Positions 1 through 13,300 of a stretch of 64,000 nt of DNA are shown here, one piece after another (position 1 is the stretch's first letter; every line of letters starts with the position of its first letter). The DNA is from the human T2T-CHM13v2.0 reference genome, Homo sapiens, in assembly GCF_009914755.1 (NCBI RefSeq), contig NC_060938.1; one strand, written 5' to 3'. A program made the translations under genes and the position numbers. Below the pieces are notes generated by a model. The model made no database searches, had not been told where the DNA came from, and saw nothing but the letters and a program-made list of their open reading frames with translations.

Positions 1-656
1 GGGATAGCAGGGGGTTCCGCAAGGATTCTGTCCTCGCACTGACTCCCACTCCCAGTCTGTGTCTGCTTTTCATACCAAACACTAAATATGTTATTAAACA
101 GGAGAATAAAAGTTGTGAATATCACCCTGGCCTAGACAGAAACACACAATATATACAATACCATACTATAACAGATATTCTACTAGATATGAGAGAGCCA
201 ATACAGGCTAATGAAGAAACAAGAGGAAAAGATGAAAAAAATGACATCTAGAGGTATTCGTAAAATAAAAATCTAATAGGTAAGTAGGCATGAGTTAATC
301 TGATCTTTCCTCTACCCCAAATTATTTTTCTGCCCCACCGTCTAGGCTAGAATGTCTACTTCCTGCTTCTGTGCCTATAGTCATCTTAGTCTTTGTCTAA
401 GAACTTGGTCAAACCAGAACCTTTAGGTATTGTGACTCCATCAGTTAATCCCTATGGATATTTTGCTTCTTAGTAACATTCTGGGATAACATTTGTAGAC
501 TGCTTTGGTTATTAACAAAACCAACAACATGGAGCTTTAATGCACTCTCTAACTTGAGTTCTTTGTCTTGTCTCTTTTACAGCTGCATTCTCTCTGTGAC
601 ACCAGGAATCAGCATTTCCATTCAAATACAGCAAACTTTAAACCGCTTTTTGACAG

Positions 657-963
657 GAGGAAACACTTTCTGCCTAATGAAGGGGATGAAGCAGGTAACC
701 CAGAGAGTATCTGCCACACAGGCCTCCTCTACAGTAGCTCAGAATTGCACTGTTTGATTATTTCTTACACGTGGCATCTGCAAATTCAGAAAGGTGAGTG
801 ATGTCAGATCTAAAGGTCCCTTCTTCCATCTTGGTTCATTCAAATTCAGGTCTAAGAGGAAACATTGAAGAAGCTATCTGAATTTCAACAGGACTGATTA
901 CTTTCCACCAAAGGCTGTAGGAAACACAGATTTAAAGAGTGACTAGGGGGTTAAACATAAACA
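657..963 (+). pseudogene. Candidate highly decayed TRAV relic with RSS-like signal
   Basis: TTTTTGACAG|GAGGAA acceptor-like start, QVTQ (692-703), NC (743-748), WHLQ (772-783, shifted frame), FR3-like CTGAATTTCAACAGGACTGATTACTTTCCACC, then CACAGAT + 23 nt + ACATAAACA (925-963). Confidence 0.4.
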
Positions 964-1607
964 TATATTGACAGTAATTCCTGCATTGTCATCAAAGTGT
1001 GCTCATGTTTGTAGGCCAACTCTTAGTGGTATTCAGACATTGGAAAACTGTAAAACCTTCATGCATTTTTAAGATGACTTCTAAAATATTTTATTACTAG
1101 TTTAAATGTTTAAATAGCTACAAAGGTTGTAAATTCCACTGTAATATAAACATTGACATTTTCAAATAAAACTCAGAATAGCTTTTAAACATATCCAGTG
1201 AAACCTTAATACCAAAGTGATTTGATACCCATCAACACCCAGTTAAAATTCACAACAAGCTCTTCATTGACAATTGAAGACCTTATATTGCTCTTTTCTT
1301 TCCTTGGAATCATATTTCCATTCAACTTCTCCTGCAGAACTTAATTTTAGTATATTTTTGTTTAAAGGCTTTTGTTGATCACCCAAAATGCCTGCAACAA
1401 AATCACGTAAAAAATTGAAATTGCTTTTAAATTTTCTCTGACCATACTGCTCTAATTGCTAAAAATTATCTTTCTAGATTGAGTTATAAATATAATTATT
1501 GTTGATGTACCTTTTATTAAAACAACAAAAATATATTTCAATTTTAGTTTTAAACTTACAGGCGAAAATTTTTTGGAAATGCATTTCTTAAGAAAATCAC
1601 TGGGGTC

Positions 1608-2064
<457 letters not shown>

Positions 2065-4699
2065 TTATGAAATTTGAGACGGGAAACAAGAACCACAGTC
2101 AAGCTCTTGAACAGATCACTTTTAGGAAAGGTTACATACAGAAGTTGAAGATCTGGAAATTGATTCCCTTAAAATACATAACTGTTGCCTAGTTTGAAAA
2201 ATCACTGCATTAGATTGCTCTCCACATTACTGATTTCATTCTCAGCCAGACTTCATGAAGTGGTGAGGTTTGAGGAAAATCAGCAAGAGATTTTAATGAC
2301 AGAGCCTTGAGTTTCAGTAAACCTGATAAATTTCCTAAAACTTATTTGACATTTCTGGCTTGAAAGAATAGCTCCTGATGAATTAGAAAATTATGGGAGA
2401 TTGAGTTCTTGCATGACACAAAGTCATTTAAACATATATCTTTATCTTGGGAAAGACAGTTTAAATGTCATGGCCATTTATTAATAATATTGTGAAAAAA
2501 AGTTATCCCAATCCTGGAAAAAAGAAAAATGATGGTTGCTAGTCTTTTTTTTTCTCTATCTGCAAGAGCATTTTCAAGTAAGCAATTATCTGGCATTCTT
2601 GGGGATCGTAACTTTGTTGTCAGAGCATATTTACCTAGCAATCCATAACTGAGAAAAGGCTCACATAGTTTACATTCCTGTGGGTTGGAGGTTAACCCAC
2701 AGAAATGGAAGAGTTTTGCGTTCATAGCCTGGAAAAAAAAATTAACCCCAGATTATCGTGTCAACCCTAATAGCATTTTATTTTGCTATCTATATAGTTG
2801 TATCTTTTTCCTGTAAACATTTGTGGAATTAGCTTTTTTTAGTTAATGATTAAGAATAGTAACAAAATGTGAACCCAGGCTCACTCCCTATTTGTATTAG
2901 TATTTTGTTTTTTAGCACATTTAAGGCCATCCTGGCACTAAATCAGAAAACTACTTCCTGATACCTAAACTATAAAATCCTGGTTTCATATACATCTGAA
3001 TTAGGCAAAAACATAGCTGGCTATTATTTATTTAATTTGATGTCTTAACATGTAAAGATTTTCTTTTCAGAAGAAATCTAATGGACCAGATGTCCTGAAA
3101 CACTCTTAATTATTTTTCAGTAGTACGAACATAGCCATGAAGGCAAAGGAAGGTAGATGATCAATTCATGTTAAGAGTTTCAAATTCCATGGACTAATTT
3201 ATATCTTTCTCCACAGCCACCTGGCACATTCTGCCTTTGAACAGATGCTTTACAAAAACATAATCTGTGGACATGGAGATCTTGCATAAAGCAAATTCTC
3301 TCTGATCCACAGCTTCACTGAGGGGTTTCAGTTTTCTAGGCCAGAGTGACTGCTGGAGATGAAGAGATTCTATCAAACGTCAGTGTAAAATTGTCTCTTA
3401 CTTAAAATGCCCTCATTGATCTTATCCTGATACCCTTACTACAGAAGTTTATCATGACTCATCTAGGAGATACCAGAGAGTTCACTAGCCAATTCAAGAG
3501 CATGACTTCTCAAAATTCTCCATGTTTTCCTCTTTCCTTCCTAGCTAATCCCACTTTCTCCTGCCTTTGAAGGCTATAGCTTCTCTGCCAATTTCTTGAA
3601 TTATGGGGTTCCTAAGCCCTCTTCTATGTTATCCACAGATTCTAGGCAATCTTACTGGCTCCTGAGCCTCGAATACCATTTAACTGCTCTAGACTGACAA
3701 ACCTGTATCTCTAGCCAAGACTCTCCTTGGCACAGACACACTATTGGGCTCCCTATCTCATCACCCCATAGGTCCACCTTCTCTGTGTCCCCATCCTAGT
3801 AAACGAAGCCATCAGTGCCTCCAACATGTTCTCTTCAGTCTAGCCAGAGTTATTATTTAAAAATACAAGTGCAATCTGTTTGCTCTCTTGCTTAAAACTA
3901 ATCAGTGACTTCCAGTTTCCCAAAGGATGGAATCCCAAATCATTACTAAGGCTCACAAAGCCTTTCTTTCTCTAGCTTATTCCTCTGGTTTCATCTTTCA
4001 TCTTTATTCTTCACCCATCTTGCACTCTGTGCTTAATATCTCCTGTTTGCTTCCAGGTCCTCTCTCCATCCTTCCACACCCTGCTTTGTGCCCCAGGTGA
4101 CTGACCTATAGGGATTATACCAATAAGCTATCTTGTCTTTTGGTTTCCAGTAGGTTTTTGCCCAAGGGCAGTACCCACAGAGAACAGAAAAAACGAGGAA
4201 AGTAAGGTCAGGCTATATATTCCCCCAACTTCCTCCCTTCCCACATACTGACATTAACCCACAATCAGCTCCTTACGGTGGCCTCTCCAAATAGCCTGTC
4301 TTTCTCCAGGTTTTGGTAATCACTCCCTCCTTTCCATTCAAGGCCTGGAGTGATGCTAGTCCCAGGTTGTAGCACTATCTCTTATATGTTCCCTGCTCAC
4401 TGCTTGTATTTTTATAACTAGTGTCATGTTTCTCAAATTACACAATTTCAGTATGCCATAAGTTTCCTACCAGAACCCAGATTGATACTGTCTGCTTTCA
4501 AATCCTAAAAGGTGTCAACTATGGCTTAAATGTTCCTTATTTCGGGAGGCCTTTTCTAGCCGTCTTGACTTGGATGTAACCGCCTGCTAAACCTCCTACA
4601 GCACCCTGTCCATCTCCTGACAGAACATCCTTCACACTTAGCAGCAATCATTGAATGAGTATTAGTGTCGCCTTCTCTAAACAACAAACAAACTGTGTC

Positions 4700-5440
4700 A
4701 GAAAAATATAAAGCAAAATTTGTAGGAAATATAAAAATAACTTGATAACATATTCATTATGGGACACCTTAATATCTTTTTCTCAGAGAGAGAAAGAGAG
4801 AGAGGATGATGGAAAAAACTTTATATTAAACATATAGCTACAGAATATTTACAAAAAAATGAGCATATAATATGACTCAAAAAATGGGAATCATATAAGC
4901 CACATTGTCTGAACCTAATGCAATAAAGCTAGAAACTAATAATTAAAAGATAGCAAATAAATGAGTAGAAAGAGAACCACTTATAATATTCTAAAACATT
5001 TTCAGGTCAAAGAACTAAGAGTTAAAATTACACGTCACTAAAAATGAACCCTAATAATGGTACTACATAAAAAAACTATATATTTGTTCAAAGCAATATT
5101 CACAAGAAAATGCATCCATCTATTAATAAAAAGTAAAACAAAGGAGGCAAATCTGGCAATTCAAGAAATAAAAAAGAAATGAGCAAAATAAGCCAAAACA
5201 GAGAAGGGGAAAGTTTAATGATAAAAGCAGGAATTAATTTAAATGCAAAGCAATAATTAGAATGTACAAATAAAGGCAATATTTCTAGGAAAACTGATAA
5301 TAAAAAAGAAAACACAAATGTGCAATGTTAAGAACGCGAAAGGTGCTATAACCCCACAAAAAAAAGCAATTTTTCAAATCACTGGTTAATGCCTTGTATA
5401 CATAGATCTTGATGAAATTGGTGGTGTTTAGAAATATATA
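4700..5440 (+). mobile_element. Ancient L1M ORF2-derived fragment (approximate)
   Basis: A-rich, decayed L1 endonuclease/tower-like sequence (AATGCAATAAAGCTAGAAACTAATAA, AAAGCAGGAATTAAT). Confidence 0.5.
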
Positions 5441-7044
5441 ACTTTTTAATTTAAACTTCTCTACTTTCTAAAAATTTATACTATTTTACAATTCCAAAGT
5501 CAATATCAAATTGTAAAGAAAAAAATCCTGAATTCTGCCTCTTCTTCCTTCTTCACATACGCAGCAAATAAATGCTACACATATACCAACTACTATGTCT
5601 CGACTCTCCTATGTTTTCATCATTAAAGAAAAAAACATTGCATTCCTACTATATGCCAATCATTGCACTACACACTGGGAAATCAAAAATGACTATGAGA
5701 AATTCCCTGCTTTCAAGGAGTTCATAGTCTAGTGCGAGAAACAGACAGATGTGCACACTGATTATAATACTATGTGGTACCTGTGATAATGCATAATAAT
5801 GATAGATGTCTTTACTGAGTTTCTGCTAAGTGTCAAACACCTTCCATTCAGCTGAGATCTTGTCCTTTCCTCCAACTCTTACCCGGGCATTTTCACATAA
5901 TAGCTCGTTATCATCTCAATTTCAAAACACTTTTTGTACTCAGATGCTTCTCCAATTTCCCAGTTTCTGTAAATGGCACCACAACATTTCCTTATTCAGG
6001 CTTGAACCTTTTGAGTTTATAGTCAGGTACCAATGCTTGTCAGTTTTTCCTTTGAAGTGCTATTGAATGTATATTTTGTTTAGAATTCCCATGACTACCA
6101 CCTTATTCAAGTCCTTAGATTGTTCCCACCAAGTTGAAAGGGGTGTCCTCCTTCCTCTTCATTATTGAAGTCTCTTTCTTGCTCTTCTCCCCTATCCTAC
6201 CAGCTCCCAACCACCCTCTGACCCTCTGCACCACTGCCACACCTTTCTTTTTAAGATATCTTTTCATCATATCCCTCCACTATTCACAATCTTACAACAG
6301 TTTCTATTTTCTCATGAATATAAGCCCTTTGAAGTAGCTTTCAGTGACTTCCATTATCTCCTCCTCATTTCACCAATTTATCCTCATTCCCAGACACTAT
6401 TACCCAGACTCTGTTTTCTCTGTTAGCTGGACCATTCTTCACACTTTCTCAAAGACATGTCATCCTCACTCCTACCTCTCTATATTTCCTGAAATAGCCT
6501 TTAGTGCGTGCTCTCTCTCTCTCTATCTAAACATTATGTGTTTTTTAGGCCTTAGCTCCTCCAAAGAGATTGTACTAAATTCCTATAGCCTTTCATAATT
6601 TCCCTCTCTTTTGACCTCACGTACAGCATACACAAAAAAAATGCACCCAATGCTATGCTACTGTACAAAGCAGTGTACTGCTTTGCACTGTTAACTTTAA
6701 CTCTATGTGCATTATTTTAATCTTTCTAACTATCTTACAACTCCATTAAAACCAAGACTAGATACTGTGGAATTATTTAATACCCCCACCCACCTCATCA
6801 TTTATCACATTACTTGATACTTGGTGAGTACTTGCTGGGTACATTTGAATGTAATGTCTTTTATTTCTTAATGTCTTTCATTTTCTCAAGTGTTGTTAAA
6901 GGCAAAAAGCAATGTTGGATGGTTTTATCAGTTATGCAGAGTTCATGCAGGAAAAGAGATTTCAGTGGGACCTTGCTTAAGACAATAGAGAATTTAGTTT
7001 AGGATTTAACAGGTCTAGAAATTAATGTAGAAAGCTGTCCCACA

Positions 7045-8329
7045 AAGATCTATTATCCAGAATATGTAAGGAACCTAAACAATTGAACAAGCAAAAAACA
7101 AATAACTCCATTTAAAAATGGGCAAAAGACCTGAACAGACATTTCTCAAAAGAATACACGCAAGCGGCCAACCAACATATGAAAAAATGCTCCACATCAC
7201 TAATCAACAGAGAACTGCAAATCAAAACCACGATGAGATATCATCTCACACCAGTCAGAATGGCTATTATTAAAAAGTCAAAAAACAACAGATGCTTTCA
7301 AGGCTGTGGAAAGAAGGGAAAACTTACACACTGTTGATGGGAAGGTAAATTAGTTCAGCCACTGTGAAAAGTAGTTTGGAGATCTCGCAAAGAACTTAAA
7401 ACACAACTACTATTCAACCCAGCAATCCCATTATGGGGTAGATATCCAAAAGAAATCAAATAGTTCTACCCCCAAAAGACACATATACTCCCATGTTTAT
7501 TGCAGCACTATCTACAATAGCAAAGAAATGGAATCAACTTAGGTGCCCAGCGATGGTGAATTGGATTTTAAAAATGTGGTACATGTACACCATGTCATAC
7601 TATGTAGTCATAAAAAAGAACAAAACCATGTCCTTTGCAGCAGAGTGAATGCAGCTGGAGGCCATTATCCTAAGCAAATTAATGCAGGGACAGAAAAACA
7701 AATACCCTGTGTTCTCACTTAGAAGTGGGAGCTAAATATTGGGTAAACATGGTCATAAACATGGCAACAATAGAAACTGGGGACAACTAGAGGAAGAAGG
7801 AAGGGAGTGGAGCAAGGGCTGAGAAACTAACTTTCAGGCGCTATGGTCGCTGTATTAGTCCCTTTTCATGCTGCTGATAAAAACATGCCAAGACTGGGTA
7901 ATTTATAAAGAAAAAGAGGTTTAGTAGACTAACAGTTCCAAGTGGCTGGGAAGGCTTCACAATCATGGCAGAAGGCAAAAGACACATCTTAAATGGTGGC
8001 AGGCAAGAGAGAAATGAGAGCCAAGGGAAAGTGGAAGCCTCTTATAAAACCATCAAATCTCATAAGACTTATTCACTACCAGGAGAACAGTATGGGGGAA
8101 GCTGCCCCTATGATTCAATTATCTCTTACTGGGTCTCTCCCACAACACATGGGAATTATAGGAGCTACAATTCAAGATATTTGGGTGGGGACACAGCCAA
8201 ACCATATCACTCACTATCTGGGTGATGGGATCATTTGTGCCCCAATTGTCAGCATCATGCAATATACCCAGATAACAAACCTGCACTTTTTTACCCCCTG
8301 AATCTAAAATAAAAGTTGAAGGGAAAAAA
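7045..8329 (+). mobile_element. 5'-truncated L1 (L1PA15/16 or L1PB-like) 3' end, interrupted by a THE1 LTR
   Basis: ORF2 C-terminal and 3'UTR homology; 16-bp TSD AGAAAGCTGT(C/T)CCACA at 7029-7044 and 8330-8345. Confidence 0.88.
7851..8209 (-). mobile_element. THE1-family MaLR solo LTR
   Basis: TGTATTAGTC...GGGGACACAGCCAAACCATATCA termini; degenerate 5-bp TSD GTCGC/CTCAC; L1 resumes afterwards. Confidence 0.9.
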
Positions 8330-8444
8330 AGAAAGCTGTTCCACATTGATTGCAGTGAGTATAATGGGCAAAAATTACTGCCCCCAACCCGCAGCCCCCA
8401 AATCCTAACAGAAATCTGTTACATACACACAGACAAGCATGGAT

Positions 8445-8640
8445 TGAGCATTAGCTCAGTAGACAGGTCGGTTGAATCCCACTTTCCAGCTGCATGATCA
8501 TAAACTTATTGTTTAACCTCTGTAAGCCTGTTTATTCTTCTGTAAAATATAGATCTTGTGAGAATTAAATGAGATTATGCATTCACTTAGCATAGTGCCT
8601 GGCATACAGTACAGCTCAATACATGTTAGTTATTATTATC
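8445..8640 (+). mobile_element. MIR SINE
   Basis: Core motifs TTAACCTCTGTAAGCC, TGTGAGAATTAAATGAGAT, AGCATAGTGCCTGGCATACAGTA. Confidence 0.75.
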
Positions 8641-8876
8641 ATCTTTTGTCCTTTCTTCCACAACTTTGTATAAGAAGTGTTGGAGGAACTGAAGAAAATG
8701 TGATGTGTTCAACATGGTACAGAAAAGGTACACCATGGGCAGATGGTCAAGGTGAGTCATAGACTAACCCAGTTCACAGGAGTAGCTACTCATGTTAGAG
8801 GAGTCCTAAAGAAATAAAAGCCTTCCTTCCCTCCCACTCTCCCTCCATCAATGGTCCACAGAGTTGAGAGAACACA

Positions 8877-9430
8877 ACTGTGGTAGGCATCTACCATTTT
8901 GTTCACTTAGAATGGCAACTCATTCCTGGTAAAATATAAATTCTAACCATGTGTTATGAATGGAGACTGCTATCTTACTTATGAATGGGCTGATGAATCC
9001 ACCCAGAGGTGGATGCCTGACCCAGCTGAACCAATCATGTTATGTATACACCACTCTAGTCACAAATTGCCCCCCTGGATGGGAACCTGGCTCAGACTGA
9101 AGCAATCAAAGCCTTACCTCAATATTTTTAAATCTGGGATCAGAAAGGATCCTCAGTATTTCTTTGGTGGCTACACTGTGAGATGAATCCCAACCAAAAA
9201 ATGTTTACAATCATGCCTCCTGCTTTGTGGTGGAATCTGGTCTGAGGAATGAAACTAAGACACGAATGAAAGGAAAAGTCTTAAAGGATTAAGTTCCCTG
9301 GCACCCTGGATGCCTGAAGTCCAGATACACTTCTGCTCTTGCCAAGGTTATTGGAGTCAGTGCATTTCTCTTCTTGCCTAAGCACATTTGAGTTACATTT
9401 CTGTCACTTGTAACATCAATGAGACGTTAA
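8877..9430 (+). mobile_element. Old MLT1-type MaLR LTR (approximate)
   Basis: Typical 3' end TTGCCTAAGCACATTTGAGTTACATTTCTGTCACTTGTAAC. Confidence 0.55.
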
Positions 9431-9525
9431 AGAGTTAATTCACTAGGAAATTTTTAGGAACACCTTGCTGGCTTACAAGAAGCATCAATTCTACGAATTA
9501 CTTTCTCAGGAATTTCTCTAAATAT

Positions 9526-9540
9526 CCTGAAGAGGGCACT
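9526..9540 (+). promoter_or_regulatory. CTCF-like motif upstream of TRAV39
   Basis: CCTGAAGAGGGCACT about 265 bp 5' of the ATG; resembles the CCASYAGRKGGCRSY core. Confidence 0.45.
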
Positions 9541-9803
9541 GTTTCCATTCATAACTTCTGTCCAAACCCACCCCCATTCTTTTGTTTTTTTTTAATTTTT
9601 CTTTTTATTTCTTTTTTTTCTTTTTCTTTTTTTTTTATGAAAGGGAGGGACTGAGTAAATTGCAGGATGTGATTCTAATTGGTTGGAACATCTTTTGAAA
9701 TCGTGTTTCTGTAGAGAAAGAAAAACTACCATATTTGGATAGCCCTGGCCAACTTTCAAGGCTCCTAAATCTGAGTTTTCAGTGAACTGGACAGAAAAAA
9801 AAA

Positions 9804-10303
9804 ATGAAGAAGCTACTAGCAATGATTCTGTGGCTTCAACTAGACCGTGAGCTGGGGGTTCATTGAAAAGGGAGCCATGGGAGGAAAGGAATTGTCCATA
9901 CAATGTTTGGGGGTAGAGACAAGGTTCAATGCGACTCATTTGGGTTCCCTCGGGAGGAACAGGATTATTGGGGTAACCAGTGAATGCTTCCTTCTGAAAT
10001 GTTCTCTTTGGACAGGGTTAAGTGGAGAGCTGAAAGTGGAACAAAACCCTCTGTTCCTGAGCATGCAGGAGGGAAAAAACTATACCATCTACTGCAATTA
10101 TTCAACCACTTCAGACAGACTGTATTGGTACAGGCAGGATCCTGGGAAAAGTCTGGAATCTCTGTTTGTGTTGCTATCAAATGGAGCAGTGAAGCAGGAG
10201 GGACGATTAATGGCCTCACTTGATACCAAAGCCCGTCTCAGCACCCTCCACATCACAGCTGCCGTGCATGACCTCTCTGCCACCTACTTCTGTGCCGTGG
10301 ACA
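9804..10303 (+). CDS. TRAV39: T-cell receptor alpha variable 39 gene segment (leader exon 9804-9846, intron 9847-10015, V exon 10016-10303)
   Basis: Spliced product MKKLLAMILWLQLDR-LSGELKVEQNPLFLSMQEGKNYTIYCNYSTTSDRLYWYRQDPGKSLESLFVLLSNGAVKQEGRLMASLDTKARLSTLHITAAVHDLSATYFCAVD; GT donor 9847, AG acceptor 10014-10015; conserved Cys/Trp/YFC motifs; followed by an RSS. Matches my recollection of TRAV39. Confidence 0.97.
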
Positions 10304-10342
10304 CACAGTGCTCCCCTGACGCCACCAGTCTGTACCCAAACC
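10304..10342 (+). other. 23-bp-spacer recombination signal sequence of TRAV39
   Basis: CACAGTG (10304-10310) + 23 nt + ACCCAAACC (10334-10342). Confidence 0.96.
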
Positions 10343-13300
10343 TGCAGCTGGTGGGCCCACTCCTCCTGCAGGAACTATGACTGTGAGGCTTCGTTCACTG
10401 TCTGTGCATTTCTTTCTGCAAGGAAAATTCTGAGATGGGTGAAAAAAGATGCTGTTTTATCTTCTTAACTGTGGAATATTTTTTAAAAGGAAAATGTATT
10501 CAGGCTGAGGGAAGATTCCTAACCATGTATTTCCTGAGAATATGAGGTCTCATTCTTTACTGCCTCACAGTCAGAATTTGTTAGTCTTCCATTATGGAAT
10601 AATTTTACATGTAGTGCAACTGTCACAAATAATTCCTATGAAATATGGAATCATTATTTGTTTTATATATGAATGTAACATATGGCATTTACCAATGAAA
10701 GAAAGAATAAATGCTTTATAAAAGAATGGTCTATGTGAGGTTCCTTACCTAGTGTTTCCTGCTAAAATACTGACTACAGTAGTCAGATAATATCCGTGTG
10801 ATCTAAGTACCTGTTTATCTCAATGTGTGGAGAGTCTCTGGGAAATGTATCCTTTGGCTGGATTTACTCGAAAACTATCTGAGGGTCCTTGCCAACCAGA
10901 AGAATATTATATTTTTTCTTGTATTATTTGCCAGTTTCCTCTTCTCCTCCCTCCATTTTTTTTTGTAATTGTTTTGCTACATGGTAGAATTTATATTAAA
11001 CTTTATTTGCCCATTGCAGACTAGATAAAATGAATTTCACTTTCAGGAAAATTGTCTTATAAGAAATCCCCAATTTGAATGTTATACAAAAATAATTGAA
11101 AATAAGTTTTCCTGTCCCACTAATGAGATAATCAGTACCTTCAGATATCAATTGCATCATATTTTCATCCCAGACTTCTAGGAAAATAATAAACTTGATT
11201 CAGTCAGGCTTTTAAGTGACAATATTTCAGAAATTACCATTACAATGTAAAAGCTGACCTTAACATTTCAACATTTGTACCTTCCTAAGCAACAGCACCT
11301 TTAAAAACATTTAAAAACTAAAAACACTTATTTCTCTAAATTGCCCCTAGAGTCTTTACAAGCGAATCAGCTTCTGCAGCAATTTGTTGGCAGATTATGA
11401 AAAGTCAGCCACAGCAGTGTACAGACCAAAAGCTCCTGCTACCACTCAGAGCCTCCAGCAGGGACTATAATAACTTCCGTATTTAGATAAAATAAAATTT
11501 GACATGAAAAACCGACTAGTTCCATCATCCTTTGAGTCAAGCAGAGGTTTCACTCTGACAGAGTAGGCTGAAAAAACTTTGACCTTGTATTTATAAATAC
11601 TCACAACGTATCTTAAATTTCAAGTTTCTTGATCTGTTACCAAAGCAAGTTTCCTTGTCAATGACTGATTGTCGGGAAATTTTTATTTTGCATTGATGAT
11701 CTTATTTGTTGTGTTGTTACATAATCAGAAAACAGGATGTTACATCAGATTTTCTATATCCTTTCTGGAGCATTTAACAGCATGTCTTCACACACTCATT
11801 TCCATGCTGAAAACATTTTCACCAGGAAACTATTCATGACGGGGAAAAAAATATTGTTCAATCCAATCTAATTAACTGAAGGAACAATATTGACTTAAGT
11901 CCCCAAATCTCTTCCTTCTTAGAGAGAACTCTTGGATTCTGAAGATGAACTTTTATATCTTCTTCAGATCAAGAATATAAACAAACCCTAAAACAAATGA
12001 ATAGAACTGAGGATTTCATTAATTTGATCTTTAGAACATAAAAAACTAAGTTCTTTCCACTTCTCCTTCCCAATTTTCCTGACTCCTTCCCAACTTATGA
12101 GTATATAGATTTTTTGCTTTCTTTTCCTAGAATCACTTACTGTCACTGAAAATATATCATTAAACCTTATTCTCGAAGAAACAATACAGACATTCAAAAT
12201 TGAACCAGTTGACTTTAAGGGTGTGATGGTGTAGTAAGAAAATACTATCGAAGGTGACAATCTCCAATACATTAGAGCATGCTAAGCCAAATATGTTTTC
12301 CCCCAGTAGGACCTTTAGGAATGTCTCAGGTGACTCCAAGCTTCCGGCACTTGCTGTCCATGACCAGAGCTTCTACTAACAAGAAGTTCCATAAAATACT
12401 TGGATCCATCCTAATCAGATACACCAGTTGCCAAGTCCACTTACCACAGAGATTAGGAAAGGAGACATTTTTCTCAGTTGTGCTATTCATGTCCCAGAAA
12501 TGGCATTTAAGACAAATAATTCTTTGAGTATTTCTTCCACCCTGTCTCATCTGTTTTGATGTGAACTAGTCTCTTTTTTCATTGCTTTTAACACAGCTGG
12601 TTATTTTTTCTTTTAATAGTGTGTCTGCTTCAAGGTTTATCTAGAAGTTGTTTCTTAATATCAAAAAAGTTAACATTTTTTATTTTTACTGAATTATGAA
12701 ATCTAAGTGTAAATATGAGGTGCACCTTCTAGGAATTTATCTAAGACTCAGTATGCATGTTCTTCCATCTCTCCCAGCTACCTGGCCTCCCATCCCCTTT
12801 CCTGCTGGACTTGTTGATCCTCGGAGACTCAAGTACATCCTTCACTTAGTCTATGCACTATATACCTTCTTCAATGAGGTCCCTGTGTCAGGGACATGGT
12901 TCTCAGTTTCCAGCTACTTTCCATGAGCTCCCTCAAGCAAGCAAATATTTTTAGAAGGTATTTTTAGAAGACAACATTTTAAAAGACCATAGTGTCCTTT
13001 CTACTCTACTGTGTCTGCAATATGTTGCAGTAGAACATTTCACAAAGCTAGATCTTCTCAGAGCTCCAGATGGGAACCAGGCAAAAAGCTCTCTTTGCAG
13101 CGGACAGTCAACCTATCTTGTGGTTTCCATTGTCCGCATTCCTAGCTCAGGGTTTTAGATAGGATTTGTGATTTTTTAAAACTGCCCTGAAACCTCAGAC
13201 TCTGCTCTTGACATATAAATTATCAAAAAGAAAAATTACCAAGTACCTGTCTCTTGCAACTCAAAAAAATGCCTTATTTCAGGATATTTTTTCCTCCTAA

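Noticed and set aside
12279-12527. ORF containing 'GMSQVTPSFRHL', faintly like a V-region start
   Set aside because: No correctly spaced Cys/Trp, no FR3 motif and no RSS.
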